Source of the DNA: Tigriopus californicus
Lineage: Eukaryota
Assembly: GCF_007210705.1 (NCBI RefSeq)
Contig: NC_081440.1
Span: 5,296,144 to 5,339,225, forward strand
DNA: 43,082 nucleotides
Direction: 5' to 3'
In this document: positions 12,898 through 24,849 of the stretch, in pieces
How the letters are laid out: every line of letters starts with the position of its first letter
Position numbering within the stretch: the first letter of the stretch is position 1
Notes under the pieces: model-generated
The model's input: only the letters and a program-made list of their open reading frames with translations
Told to the model about the DNA's origin: nothing
The model's database searches: none
Position numbers and translations under genes: made by a program

Positions 12898-15800
12898 GGA
12901 CAATTTTAGAATACTAAACACAAAACCTACGAGCAATGTTGTGTGGCAAGAAGAAAAAAAACAAGAAAATAGTAGAAGAATCGTCAGTGACCGGATATCT
13001 CGAACACGAATGGATGCCCAACAAAGTAACCGTTAGAGAAGAAAATCTTCAACAACAATGACCCCAACCATCCCTCGGCAGCACCTTTGTTTTTTCATAA
13101 TGATGAAAATTTGTCATTTTTTTGCGACTGCTTTCACCATGTGTGTTTGACAAACTTTCAGAAATAGAAAAAGACTCGCGTTGTGGCTCTATTAACTCTC
13201 AACATTCACGTTGTTGCCCGTTAATTTGGATGGCGGATCAAATTCCCATCGAAAGACCTGCCAGCTCGCTGATCCATGGCCAAGGAAAACGGGTCGTCGA
13301 GAAATCTAGGTCTGTCTTCAAAATCAATGCCAACATAACTGTCTCAACATCCGCAATCCCCCGCAACAATTACGAAAACGATCCCTTGAACGGAGGGTTC
13401 CCCAATTGAGAGACTTTGTGATCAGTGTTTATCCCCGCGGGTTCAGATATCGTTCGTTGCCGTGTCGCCGCCAGTTTCCTCCGCTTCCAAACCATCTCGT
13501 TTGTCTGCTGCAATCAAAGTTCATTCTCATTCGTAACCCTGAAATCAACCATACCGTCCTTCCGTCAATGACTATCTGGAGCAATCCTGCCTTATCCGAA
13601 GGAGTTGGAGTTCAGCTGCTTGGAAACGTGTTCCATATCTTGTGCGTGTGTGTATAGATCGAAGAGGCAACGGAAATGGACAACCATCGGTCTGGAGAAC
13701 GAACTGGAAGTCGAACGGCACGATTAACCCATCTCGACTTGCTCGAATAGTGTTGAGTTTTCGTTCACTTTGTGTGTGTGTAAATATAGCATATACCTTA
13801 TGATAGATTATGTTATACACTCCTTGCTCTTCCTGCTTTTACCTCTCCTCCCTTAGTCCCACATCATACTCGCCCTACTTGATTCTTCGTGGCTTTGAAA
13901 TTCGAATCGATTTCCTCTTCACTTTTTGCTGCCGTTTAGTCCTCAAAATATGTTTGACACTGACTCTTATCCTCAATTACCTCACCTCAGCCAACATCCT
14001 AAGATAACGCAAACGCAGATTCTTTGATAAACGCGCGCAAGAATGAGTTTCCTCTCCCAATTTTTGGCAACAACTTCAAAACATGTCTTAAACACTGAAA
14101 GAAATAGAGTTTCTTTACCTTCCCGAACACTGATCACTTGGACGAACAGATGTACGCATGTCGCAAAAAATTGTCCCTGTCTAAAGGGATCGAATCATAT
14201 CTTCTCGAGATTTGTAAGTTTGGATTTCAAATTTGTTTTTGTCCTTGATTAAGAAAAACGACACCTTGGAAAGCAATCCTTGCCCTTGCATTGATGTAAA
14301 ATTACTTTCATTCGACACGAGGATCAATTGGCTTAGTAGTTAAACGAACTATTCGCCATGCCTTTGAAGTAATATCACCACAATTTTTACTCTCATCCGA
14401 CAAAAATAGACAAGATTCATCCCAAAAACGATCTTAGCATCCAAACTCGTTACGCTGTAATAGATGAGAACGACTGTAAAAAGCCAGCTTGGTCCCTGGC
14501 TCAAATCGTGATGAACGATGAGCCATTTAACATGCAAACTACTATTACATCTAAATCTGCTACACCTGAAAGAGTTGTAATCTGCTTGGAAAATGTTAGT
14601 GTAAAATTTCTCACAACTTTTTCTTGTTGCCAACAATAAACATTTCATTGTTTACTAAAATACAAAAAACATGCATATTTCTTCACTAATCTAGAGGGAG
14701 TAATCGCAACTTGTGGGTACCTACGTATTAAAAGTGCCAAAGTTATTTCATTCCTGCCAAGGATTGGAAACTGAAAGACTCCCAATCCTGAGCTCCGTTA
14801 ATCTGGAGAAAAAAGTAAAGAAGATAACTGCTATTTGGGAAATGGGGTGTCCTTGTCACAAAAGCTCACAAGTCTTGGCTTGCACCAGGCTTGATTTTTC
14901 TCTGAGCTATGAGACCCTGATCTATCCTGCATAAACGCACAGCATTGTTCCCAATGCTACCCTTGAATCCATGGAAGTATTTCGTTCTTCAAAAGCCCAA
15001 TGTAGGTGTCTATATTGGCTTTAACACACTCGGGTACGACCTCAAGGGGGGGGTCCTCAGTACCAATAACACCCGCAAAAATCATGATATGGGGCCAAAT
15101 GTTGGCAAACAAACTATTTTAGACTATTTGGGAATGTCTTCAACGCTGCAGGTGTACAGGCTATCATATTGGCGGTCCCATGCTGGCTGAACAGTTCTTT
15201 TTCTTTCATAAGTCGAACTTTTTGCAGAGCTTGGATCAATAACAAGCATTTTTTTTTAATTTATTGTCCTCGTTGAGACCTCTTGGCTTATGGTGGCCTC
15301 AAAAATCTTGCCTTCCAACATACTTGCAGAGCTTCATGTTCGAGTCAAAGTTGATCAGCCTTCTGAGGCTGGTTTCTGCAATATGGAACTCGCTGCACAT
15401 CTGTCTGGCTTCTGTTATTCTTGAATAGTCTCCCTATGCTCCACAAAATATGATCTACGTTTTGCACTTCAGAGGGCGCTTTGTAAGCCAGCCTCTACCA
15501 AATAAAGAGCAGATTGGGCTGATTCCTCTTTATTGAATTATAATGAGTTTGTGTTGCTTTTGGCTAATTCTATCAAAATCTTATTAATAATTAATGACCC
15601 GGTCACATAATGACCGGAAAAGAAATTGCTTTCAAGGCAAGGCAAGAGCAGTTTATTTAGCAATCTACCGTGCCTCTTCCCGTTTTCTTTGGGCAGTGTG
15701 ACGATGCAAATAAGGGACCTCCGTCCCCTTTGGGATTGAAAATGAGTTAACTCTTGAGATAAAATACTGGGAAAAGAGCAGAGACCAGGAAGAAGATGTC

Positions 15801-15949
15801 TCCATTTTGTTTTGAAAATAAGAAAAATGACATGACAATCAGTACACACAGCGGAGCGTGAGGAAATAAAAATTGGCTCAGGGAGTATTCATAAAGGGAA
15901 AAAAAGAAAACCACATTCCGTCTTCAGGACCCATCATATTGGACATTTG

Positions 15950-18400
15950 CCTTCAGTCTTTTCTTGAAAACCTTGTTGGTGCATATATAATCCGGGATAT
16001 CTGAGTAATTAAAGAGGTGTGGGAAAACATAACCAGGGAGAGCTTTCATCCACTCTTCACTACACTTTGGCTCATAAAGCCATAAACGACGCCTATTGTG
16101 AGGAGAGTCGTCCTTTTGATCCTATATTTATCCGCTTCCCTTATACCCTCCCCCAACATCAGTACCTTTTGTACATGGCTTAAAATCTTGATCTTTCTCA
16201 GATCTTCTATTTTGAGCACCTTGAATTTGTGGAATAAAGGGCTCGTGTGTTCCCTCCAATGGGCTTTTGCAATCCAACGCACAACTCTCTTCTGAATTTT
16301 GACTAATTTGTCAATGGGGTACCCCCGCGTGGTTTCGTGAGCGCAAATTTTGAAATGCGACAGTACTAAACTGTAACCAGTCGCATTTCAAAATGTGCGT
16401 TCACGAAACTATCTGATACTCGCAGTAGGTGCAACTAGGTAAAAATCGCATCTCAAAATATGCACTCACAAAACCATGTGGGGGTGCCCCATTGTCTTTG
16501 CTTCTCCAAAGAATTCCAACCCGTAGTCAAATACACTTTGGACAAGTGAATTGTACATTAGCAGCTTCATTTTTGTTGGAAGATGTTTTCCATGGTGGCT
16601 AAAATTAAGTAAAGTTTGCTTTAATCTATTTTCTACATTGGTGATATAGAATGTCTAAGACAATTCATCGTCCAGCCAAAGCCCAAGGAATTTTGTGGCT
16701 TTTTCAGGAAACCATCTGCCAATTCTCTCACTCGAAATTGTAACCCCCACAACCTAGATTGAAGATTGATCTCTGCTTTGTGCGATTATATACTAAAAAT
16801 TTACTTTTCGCGACATTTGATGTAAGTCTGTTTCTGTTAAACCAGAGATGGAGTTCCTCCAACCACTCATTAGCCTCCTGTTTGACCTCTCTTGCATTGC
16901 CTCCAAAATGCTGTAGCGTTGTGTCATCAGCATACATGGTAAAATTAAAGCCAGTACAATTTGGCATATTGTTAACATAAACCAAGAAAAGCAACGGACC
17001 TAAAATGCTCCCATGGGGTACACTGCATTTGAGGCCTTGAGGCCTTAACAAAATGCTACCAATTTGTACTAGTTGTGAGCGATTTGATAAATAGTCTTCA
17101 AACCATTGAAGAGTCCAATTCTTGACCCCATAGGCTTGCAGTTTGAATAATAATACCTCGTGATCCACGCAATCAAAAGCTTTTTTATATCAAGAAATAT
17201 GGAGACTCCGAACTTAAAATGTTTATGTTTTAATATATTATGTAGATAGTTTCTTAGGGCATGGTTTGCACTTATTTCAGGGCAAAAGCCTTACTGTATA
17301 CTTGACAGGTGCTTGTCGAAGTACACTAGAAATTGCTTAGAAACAACCTTTTCCACAACTTTGGAGCAAGCTGACACTAAACTTATTGGCCGATAATTTT
17401 CCACCTGATCTTTTTGCCCCCCTTTGTGGAGCGCTATTACCTTCCCTTTCTTCCAGCCACACGCTGTCTTAGAGTAAGCCAAGGAAATATTGACGAGTAT
17501 AGTAAGGGGCTTACTTATGATCCCGTTTATTTTCCTTAACAAATTGTTTGAGACACCGTCACACCTGAGCTTTTTATGCACTTGAATTTTTTGATTATAT
17601 TGAAGACTTCCAACTCACTCGCTTCTGAAAACTCAAAATCTGTTTCAGTTTTTGTAATATTCTTTACGGCTTCCTCTGGAATACTTTTGAATTTTTGATT
17701 CAGAGATTGTCCAATCATACAGAAGAACGTATTCAAGCTCTCAGCAATAGCTTTGTGAGACGTTACCGTTCCATTCTGAGTTTGGATAACACTAGGATAG
17801 CCCCCGTTTCCTTTTGTTGGTTTATTTAAGACTTCATTTAATCCCTTCCATGCATTTTTAGTATTTCCCCAGTTCTGTAACGCAATGTCTTTGAAATAAG
17901 TTAACTTAGCCTCCAAAACCAATTTGTAATATTGTCTTGCATACTGTTTGTATCGTAATTTGCCCTTCTCGCTTGCCTTTTTTGAGTTTTTGAATCAACA
18001 ATCCTTTCTTACTGTGAACTTCATTAAGCCATTAGTCATCCACGGATTAATTTTGACGCAATTATTCCTCACCCTAAATTCCCTCAAGGGACAAGCTGCA
18101 TCAAAATCTTCATTGAAATTGATTTTGAATTTACTGAACGCCTCCTCCGCCGCCAAATCGATAAAATCCCATACCCTTTCCTGGAGCAATTTGCGGAGTT
18201 TATCAGTATTCTTATCTGAAAAGGATCTGCCGCAGATTTTATCATTCTTTTTTGATTGACAGAGTTCAGACCCGTGTGAAATATCAATGAAAGGAGCCCA
18301 GTGGTCTGCGACATCACAGACCAGCGTACCAACTTCCAATAGAACTTTTGCATTTGTTAATATGTTATCAATACGTGATGAATTAATTACTTTTTTCGGA
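15950..18400 (-). mobile_element. 5'-truncated, frame-disrupted non-LTR retrotransposon (CR1/L2-like LINE) ORF2 remnant
   Basis: Minus-strand ORFs in different frames (16728..17168, 17291..17581, 17536..17922, 17995..18339). They carry RT motifs NYRPISL, GVPQGSILGPLLF-like (VPHGSILGPLLFLVYVN), YADDTTL and WFxxNRL. ORF 16046..16282 carries the CR1-type C-terminal HTSPLFHKFKVLKIEDL signature. No endonuclease domain is present and the reading frame is broken several times, so this is a dead copy. Confidence 0.75.
16310..16496. mobile_element. foldback/MITE-like element inserted into the LINE remnant
   Basis: About 50-bp terminal inverted repeats (gtcaatggggtacccccgcgtggtttcgtgagcgcaaattttgaaatgcg versus the reverse complement of cgcatctcaaaatatgcactcacaaaaccatgtgggggtgccccattgtc, about 85% identity). 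An internal near-perfect 30-bp hairpin lies at 16332-16361 / 16379-16408. It splits two LINE ORF fragments. Confidence 0.55.
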
Positions 18401-21027
18401 CCTTCATCAGTTTGTATAATTTATTCCTGGACTCTGGTTGGGCAATGAACCTTCATTATTCTGGCATTATTTTAGCATCAGTTAGTGCTTGGGCAAATCT
18501 GAGTGCGTTTGAGTCTTTTAATCAGAAATGGAAAATTCGGCAAGACTCGGTATTTTATAAAGGAATCGAGTCCCGATTCTTCAAAATATAATCTCATTTC
18601 TTCTGAGCGTTCTTTTGTTGAACTTGAGCAAAGCAAAATTGTCGAATCAAAGAGTTACGAGTCTGTTTAAAAGTTGGAGAATCAAAGGACTCCAGCATTA
18701 ACATATTCGCGTTGAAATTAACATTTTCTGGATTGGTTTTGTTTTAGCGAATATTACAGAGTTCTCTCTATCCATTGTTGCCTTCGAAATTACTTATTGT
18801 TTTAAAACTACTTTTTTTTTGGTTGGGGGTGCTAGGGTCGGAGGGTGCACCTCGCCCGGCCAGCGAAGCCAGCCATCGCATCATCCAAGTCCAAATTCCG
18901 TTATAGATAAACGTTTATAAAGCTTTATTCGTAAGAAATGCTCTCTGTTTGCTTCAACAGCAGCCCTGAGTCGTTTGCTGAAAGATTCGCACGAGGCAAT
19001 CGGCAACTGTATCTATCGACCAAAAAAACTGGTCACCCTGATCCAAAGCCGAACTGGTGTTAAAACGTGAAAGTACAAATATATTGGACAAAAATGCCGA
19101 GTGAAGTGAAATAATTTGAAGTTGACAAAATATTTTTGTGTTAATGGTGGCCAGAAACCTCCAAGGCCTCGTTGAAAATGAACCAAGGTTGTGGTGACTT
19201 CTATGGAGAACGAAAGAGAACCAGGCATTTCAAGATATTGGATTTGCAAACTCAGTTATTCATAGAGGAATTTTCAGCACATTGAATAGAGCCCTTTGCC
19301 TACTCTAATGGCTCATTTACACGAGATATATTTGGACACAAGATTTGACGAACAATTCAGGAACTGTTAGACATCTGAAAAGTTCATTTTTTTGCATCAT
19401 GACTTTGTCTGAGCTCTTTATGGCCGGCCCTTTGGTAGCTAACCTTTTGCTGGCGCTAAACCTTGTGGGGAGCGACACATGTATCTTGAAAAACAAGGCA
19501 TTTAAGACAATAATAATAATAGTAATAATGATTTATTTTTTTTGTTCACCGATAGAAGTCTTGAATGGATTCAAGGCACAAAAACGTGATTACACAATCA
19601 CTCGAGAGTAAATCTGATCAGAAATTGAGTTTGAACTTGCTGATTGAAGATACCCAGGTATCAAGGGTTGGGGTCTGGAATGGTTTAGAGGAAGTTATCC
19701 AGGTCTTCTTTGAATTTGGGAAGGGGATTTTTACCAACATATATGACCCGCAGCGAGGTGGGCAGTTTGTTGAAGAGTTGAAAGAAATGAGTGGCGCATG
19801 ATTGATAGCCACATTCTTCTTATACCCCACGCGGCATATTTAACTTCACAAATTTGAATTTAGATTTTAATGATGATTTGTCGTCATTAAGATTAGGCTT
19901 AGTCAGGGCTAATTTATAAATCAAGACAATGTTTTGACATATAAACTTTTTTTAAATAGTATGAACGGCATCATTGTAAAAGTGGTTTGTCCCTGTTAGG
20001 CACATCGTAAATCCTGGACAATTTTTCATGTATGAAAAGGATGACTTCCTTTCCACTCTTTATTTCATTGAGTAAGAACTTGAATCGGGCAAATCTTGTA
20101 ATTTTTCAAAACCATATACATTACAATGAGTCAAGGTTCCTCGCGATAAAGATAAAGGTGAGGATTTGTAGAACCGTGCTTGATAGTCATTGATGAAGGT
20201 GAATGTTAAATTACTTACTTGAAAATATTATTGAACTGCTTGTTATTTCTTTGTTGTTGAATAAGCAGTTTTTTTTTACTTTACAAAAGATGGTTCAAAC
20301 AATTTTTTATGTATGAAATAGCCAATTGTTAGCCGAGCTATGGGACAAACAGTTACGCACGATTCGATTTTGAAGGTTTTATTTGCATTTGTATTTTTAG
20401 TATCAACCAAATACGTTCTTTAAAATCGAAATTTGTTATTAGATGTGGAGCTGAGTCGGCAGTCAATCTATCAGATGAAAAAAACATTCGTTATGATCAC
20501 GATTTTTTATAGGCTTCATCGTTGCCGCTTTTTTCGGTTGTCTTGCGTGAGGCTTGTGTGAGAGCTAATTATTATGAAGACTTCCTTGATTTTGCGATGT
20601 TTTATGGTTTCATTCTCCGACCTACCGGTGAAGTTTTTGTTTATAATCCATGACGATTGATTATCAGACAAAAAAATGTCAATTTGGCAAAATGACTAGT
20701 TTGTGTCATTTCGTGTTAAGCCTTAACAAAGTTGAACCTTATTACAACTATCATGTGTGGGTGGAAGACAAAGTGGGCAGATTCATGTGAGTAGGGTGGG
20801 ACTGTTGGTTTTAATTCATGAAAAAAATAGCCAATGCGACTTTTTTTCATTTGATACTTTTTTCAAGCCCAAAATTAGCTTTGTTTTGCTACAAAATATC
20901 TTTGCCTGTCAGCATATTTACTACTCTCGTAGCATCAAATTAGGGCTGAGCAATGAGATGTTGATGGAAACAAGAAATCAGTATTGTTATTTTAAATACC
21001 AAAAAAATCTCTAAGGTGTACATGTAA

Positions 21028-21099
21028 GCGATGGTGGTATAGTGGTGAGCATAGCTGCCTTCCAAGCAGTTGACCCGGGTTCGATTCCCGGCCATCGCA
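21028..21099 (+). tRNA. tRNA-Gly-TCC: tRNA-Gly (anticodon UCC), 72 nt
   Basis: GCGATGGTGGTATAGTGGTGAGCATAGCTGCCTTCCAAGCAGTTGACCCGGGTTCGATTCCCGGCCATCGCA. The cloverleaf is canonical: acceptor GCGATGG/CCATCGC, anticodon loop CTTCCAA, T-arm GGGTTCGATTCCC. It differs from the human tRNA-Gly-TCC only at the acceptor pair. A Pol III terminator CTTTT lies at 21105-21109. Confidence 0.95.
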
Positions 21100-21822
21100 G
21101 GGATTCTTTTGTCATGCACACTCATGGTCTAGATGAAGCACTTTCAGCTTTTTCTATATTTTATTGAACATGTTCCTAATGATTGCTAATTGCTTTCGCT
21201 TTCCAGCGGTAGGATCAGAGATAGTTATGCAGTTTTTCAATCTTAGAATTTTACTTTGCTTGCAATTGTAAGTCAATGGCAATTAAAGTTCGACAGGTTT
21301 TTGGCCCTTGCTGGCGTTGAATGAAAAAAAAAATCTTTATGTGAATGAATACTCAAGCCCATATGTGGTCAGTAGAAAGGATTCGACTTCGTTCCGATAT
21401 GTTCTGGTCTTCGGGTGCAAAAATCCAACTCGCAGGATTCATCAAAGCAAGGGATCTCTTTCAGTTAATATTCAAGCTTCCATACAACACCTAACAGTAC
21501 CAAAAAGAAGGTTCCAGATGGATATTTCAGAGGTAATTTATTCGAACACATCACGGCAGTAAGTGAATGATTTCATGCAAATGCAACTCTTGCTTTAGTA
21601 TCGAACATAGAATCCTGTTGTATATGTACATAACATCAGTAAGTTATAAACGTGGTTTATTGTACAGTACGGATGGCTTTGATGCATTACCATTAGTAAT
21701 GTGACACGGAGTGATTATCACAAGAGATAATTAACCATCGCTGCTCCTTTCATTATGAAAAATATTGATTTCGAACCCATTTTTGTCAACAATGGCAACC
21801 CTTGCCAAAAATTAGGCGAAAG

Positions 21823-21828
21823 TTTATT
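21823..21828 (-). terminator. polyadenylation signal AATAAA for MVP (minus strand), about 32 nt 3' of the stop
   Basis: TTTATT on the plus strand at 21823-21828. Confidence 0.5.
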
Positions 21829-21859
21829 AAGTGAACTTGAACAGCGGTTAAACGTGTAT

Positions 21860-24475
21860 TTAAGCAGAATTATCATGTTGTTGGTTCAGATTTATGCCGG
21901 AGGTTCCTAGTAAACCACTAGCCGTGTTCAATAAATTGATTGGGGTTCTGCCATCCGTGATAAGCGTTGAGCTCAATCCCAACGATTGAAGCATCTTGAC
22001 CTGATGATCTTGTGGGCCACTTGCCATGGCCTGAATGGTGTCGGTTCCCAAAGCTTGAACCATGAGTTGAAACTTCTCGGTTTCAATCTTGGCCATCAGT
22101 TCGGCTTTCTCAATGTCAAGTCGGTTTTGCTCCGTCAAAAACGTGATTTCAGCCTCCCTGGCTCCACGAAGACGCTCCAATTCGGATTCGGATTCAATCT
22201 TGGCTGCCTGAGCCCGGAGTCGAGCTGCTTCAACGGCGGCCTCCGCTTCGATGCGGGCAGATTCAGCTCGGGATGAGGCCTCAGCTTTAGCCTGACCTGT
22301 CGATTCAACGGCAGCGCTCTCTGCTTGAAGGGTCAGAAGACTCCTTCGAGATTTCTCTGCCTCGGCGTCATCGCCAATTTTCTGCCGTTCTAATCGTCCT
22401 CGAGCTTCTTGGTCCACTCTCTCAGCTTCTCGTTTAGCGGCAGCCTCCTGAGACTGAGTCGTAATCTCAATTGCCAAAGTTACAGACTTTTGTAGAGAGT
22501 CTCTGGTGCGTTGATCTACCGGCTCTACACTACGAATATCGATCGAGGTTACGACTAGATTGTTGGCCGGAAACCTGAGCTCTTCATTAGGTTTCATTCC
22601 CTCGTCCACGCCAAATACTGCAAGCTTGATGATTCCGGCTGAGTTCTTGTGGAAATTGTCGAAGCTAACCCCGGAAACAGCGCCTCGAATTCGAGATGCG
22701 ATTGCTTTGCACATATCACCAACAAAATCAGGAACACAGAAGAGCTTGGCCCCCTCGTCTTGGTTGTTCTTATCCTTGACCTCAAAATGCCAGTTGTAAG
22801 ATAATTGTAATTGAAGACGAGCATGGTCGCTAGTCTCCACTGTGATGATGTCAGTGCAAAAATCTGGACCCAAGAGCAAAGCCAAAGCTCGAATCAAATT
22901 AGCCTTTTTTGGTTTTCCTCCAGAGATCGAGAGTTGTGTAAACTCCTCGTTTGGTTCAAGCATCACCAAATCGGGCCCAAAAGCGACTCGAGATCGCTTT
23001 GATTTGTAATCATAGATCTGAACAGCCGCGTTGTTGGGAACTTGAAACGTTACCACCTGAGTGAGATCGTCTTCATCCCAATCGCTCTTTGGCTTGGCAT
23101 CGGCTTTGTCGCTCTTCCGCTTTTCTTTCTCCGGATTGATCCATTCCCCTCGATCAGCGCAAGGATCTCGGTTTCTGTTGAGCAAAGTTCTCACAATGAC
23201 CGGCATTTTCTTTGGCCAAAGCTCCTCGTCTTCACCTAACATGTAGGTTTGCCCAATCACAGATCGAACGGATCCATTTTTCGAGTTTCGAACGTAAATG
23301 CCCTCATTCTGATGCAGAGGTATAGCTTCTCTGGTAACCACTACTTCAACCTCCACGGGTGGAATGTATTCCATTGGGCCCTTCAGCATCCACTTGTCGC
23401 CGGCTTGTCGAGTGACGGGTGGTTCGACCGAGGTGTCCAAGAACTTCTCCAAGGACCTCAAAACTAGACCACTGTCTTCTCCCAAAACGTGAACGTCTTG
23501 AATGCCATTCTCGAGCTCCTCTCCAGGTTGCAAGAAAAAACTTTTCTCGCCCTTGACAAGGACCTTGTGGCCTAGCTGTGGTTTACCATCATTGCCAATG
23601 GGATTGACAACAACGCAGTATTCTCTCTTCGTTAAAGTTATTATATCTACAGTCTGGATGACTTTTTCATACACATCCGGAATGAAAGACTCCATGTCTT
23701 CTAAGGTGATCAAGTACTCTTCGCCATTTTTCCTTGCCTTTCCTTTCTGATCCACGAACGATTTCACAGCCATGACATGGACAGCCATCTTGTCGGTCAA
23801 GACAGTGGCAGAGCACCTCTCTACGATCTCCTCAAAGGCTCCCGGGAGATAGGATCCTTGACGACGAACAAGCCATTCCTCCCCCGCCACTCTCTTCTGA
23901 TCGTCGCGATCAATGGTATCTCGAAGGGATCGTAGCTTTAGAGCCTCGTTAGGCTTGATAATGACAGCCTTTTGAGTCGAAACAACTTCAACCTCTTTTC
24001 GAGGAATATACGTGCCAGGTCCTTCAAAAAGGTACTCGTCTCCAGCTACCCGTGGTGTGCCATCATCATTGAAGTCCCGCAAGACCCTCAATCTCAGAGC
24101 AGTTAATGCGTGAACCACTGTCAAAGGTTGGACCTTTGTCTCCACTTCTTCTCCTGGATAGAGAGGGAACGGTTCTTGCTCAAGGCGGACTTCCGTTTCG
24201 GCATGGAGAAGCTTCACTTGACCTAATCGATCAGTCACAACGGATCCGTCTTCCGCTCGAGCCACCGGATTTTTAATGGTGCAGTAGTGCCGAGGTGGTA
24301 CAACAATCATCCTGGCAGGATTTTGAAGGACCTTCTCATTATCCTTGCGAATGAACGTCTGAGGCCCGACCTCGACACGGCTAGTATTGGAAGTTTGATC
24401 CAAAACGTGGATGTAGTAGTAAGGCGGAATCCGGAACAAGGACCCATCGCAATCAGCTTCTTTGTCTCGCCCCAT
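21860..24475 (-). CDS. MVP: major vault protein (MVP), complete single-exon CDS, 871 aa
   Basis: Collinear with human MVP from the N-terminus ([25 protein letters not shown] ~ [26 protein letters not shown]) through the MVP repeats and the shoulder domain ([36 protein letters not shown]) to the C-terminal coiled coil ([25 protein letters not shown] ... [20 protein letters not shown]). Start assigned to M76 of the 946-aa ORF (MGRDKE.., ATG at 24473-24475); the 75 upstream in-frame codons are judged to be 5' UTR. A possible 5' UTR acceptor ccattttcag lies just upstream of the ATG on the minus strand. Confidence 0.9.
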   Translation of the reverse strand: MGRDKEADCDGSLFRIPPYYYIHVLDQTSNTSRVEVGPQTFIRKDNEKVLQNPARMIVVPPRHYCTIKNPVARAEDGSVVTDRLGQVKLLHAETEVRLEQEPFPLYPGEEVETKVQPLTVVHALTALRLRVLRDFNDDGTPRVAGDEYLFEGPGTYIPRKEVEVVSTQKAVIIKPNEALKLRSLRDTIDRDDQKRVAGEEWLVRRQGSYLPGAFEEIVERCSATVLTDKMAVHVMAVKSFVDQKGKARKNGEEYLITLEDMESFIPDVYEKVIQTVDIITLTKREYCVVVNPIGNDGKPQLGHKVLVKGEKSFFLQPGEELENGIQDVHVLGEDSGLVLRSLEKFLDTSVEPPVTRQAGDKWMLKGPMEYIPPVEVEVVVTREAIPLHQNEGIYVRNSKNGSVRSVIGQTYMLGEDEELWPKKMPVIVRTLLNRNRDPCADRGEWINPEKEKRKSDKADAKPKSDWDEDDLTQVVTFQVPNNAAVQIYDYKSKRSRVAFGPDLVMLEPNEEFTQLSISGGKPKKANLIRALALLLGPDFCTDIITVETSDHARLQLQLSYNWHFEVKDKNNQDEGAKLFCVPDFVGDMCKAIASRIRGAVSGVSFDNFHKNSAGIIKLAVFGVDEGMKPNEELRFPANNLVVTSIDIRSVEPVDQRTRDSLQKSVTLAIEITTQSQEAAAKREAERVDQEARGRLERQKIGDDAEAEKSRRSLLTLQAESAAVESTGQAKAEASSRAESARIEAEAAVEAARLRAQAAKIESESELERLRGAREAEITFLTEQNRLDIEKAELMAKIETEKFQLMVQALGTDTIQAMASGPQDHQVKMLQSLGLSSTLITDGRTPINLLNTASGLLGTSGINLNQQHDNSA

Positions 24476-24759
24476 CTTGGTTCTTGGCTCTGAAAATGGA
24501 GAATGGTCCCTATGAGTTGAATCCTCCCAACGTGATCGACATGGATTCTGGTCCAGATGGCGGTCTCGGGTTCGTTTGCTCATGATTATTGTACCAACCT
24601 TGTGAAGACGTATTGCCGAAGGGCAAGAGAAAAAACCAGTGAAGATGGTTCTCTGAAAAGCTGGCCTTTTGAGGTAGAGCGATTTCACCGAGTTGCACAA
24701 TGGTTACTCAGATTCGAGGGTTGCCAACGTACTATCCAATGGGAATGACTCAGCCTTCA

Positions 24760-24849
24760 TAGGCCCACTGCTATCTTCGTCACCCAGGGAACCTTATCGA
24801 TTCGGCCACGTCTTCAGGTTATGAATGATAGTCAACGACTATCGCACAT
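24760..24849 (+). other. TEP1: putative TEP1 5' UTR exon 1 (donor CAG|GTATGTG at 24850; matching acceptor cctctag|CG at 25380, 34 nt before the ATG)
   Basis: Splice-site consensus only. The 5' boundary is a guess. Confidence 0.25.

Noticed and set aside
15280-15462. Weak A-box-like (TGGCTTATGGTGG) and B-box-like (ATGTTCGAGTC) pair with a downstream TTTT, considered as a Pol III gene
   Set aside because: Both boxes deviate from consensus, the spacing is long (about 180 nt to the terminator) and there is no foldable tRNA-like structure.
21986-24493. Plus-strand ORFs of 60-96 aa (21986..22276, 22560..22799, 22811..23002, 23042..23246, 23249..23467, 23502..23750, 24287..24493) antisense to MVP
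   Set aside because: They lie entirely within the MVP coding exon on the opposite strand. They show no homology and a skewed composition typical of antisense read-through frames.
24476-24700. 75 extra in-frame codons (MCNSVK...[10 protein letters not shown]...) upstream of the MVP start in the 946-aa ORF
   Set aside because: Homology to MVP begins exactly at [20 protein letters not shown] (human MVP starts [21 protein letters not shown]). The upstream stretch has no MVP similarity and contains a strong 3' splice site, so it is treated as 5' UTR that happens to lack stops.
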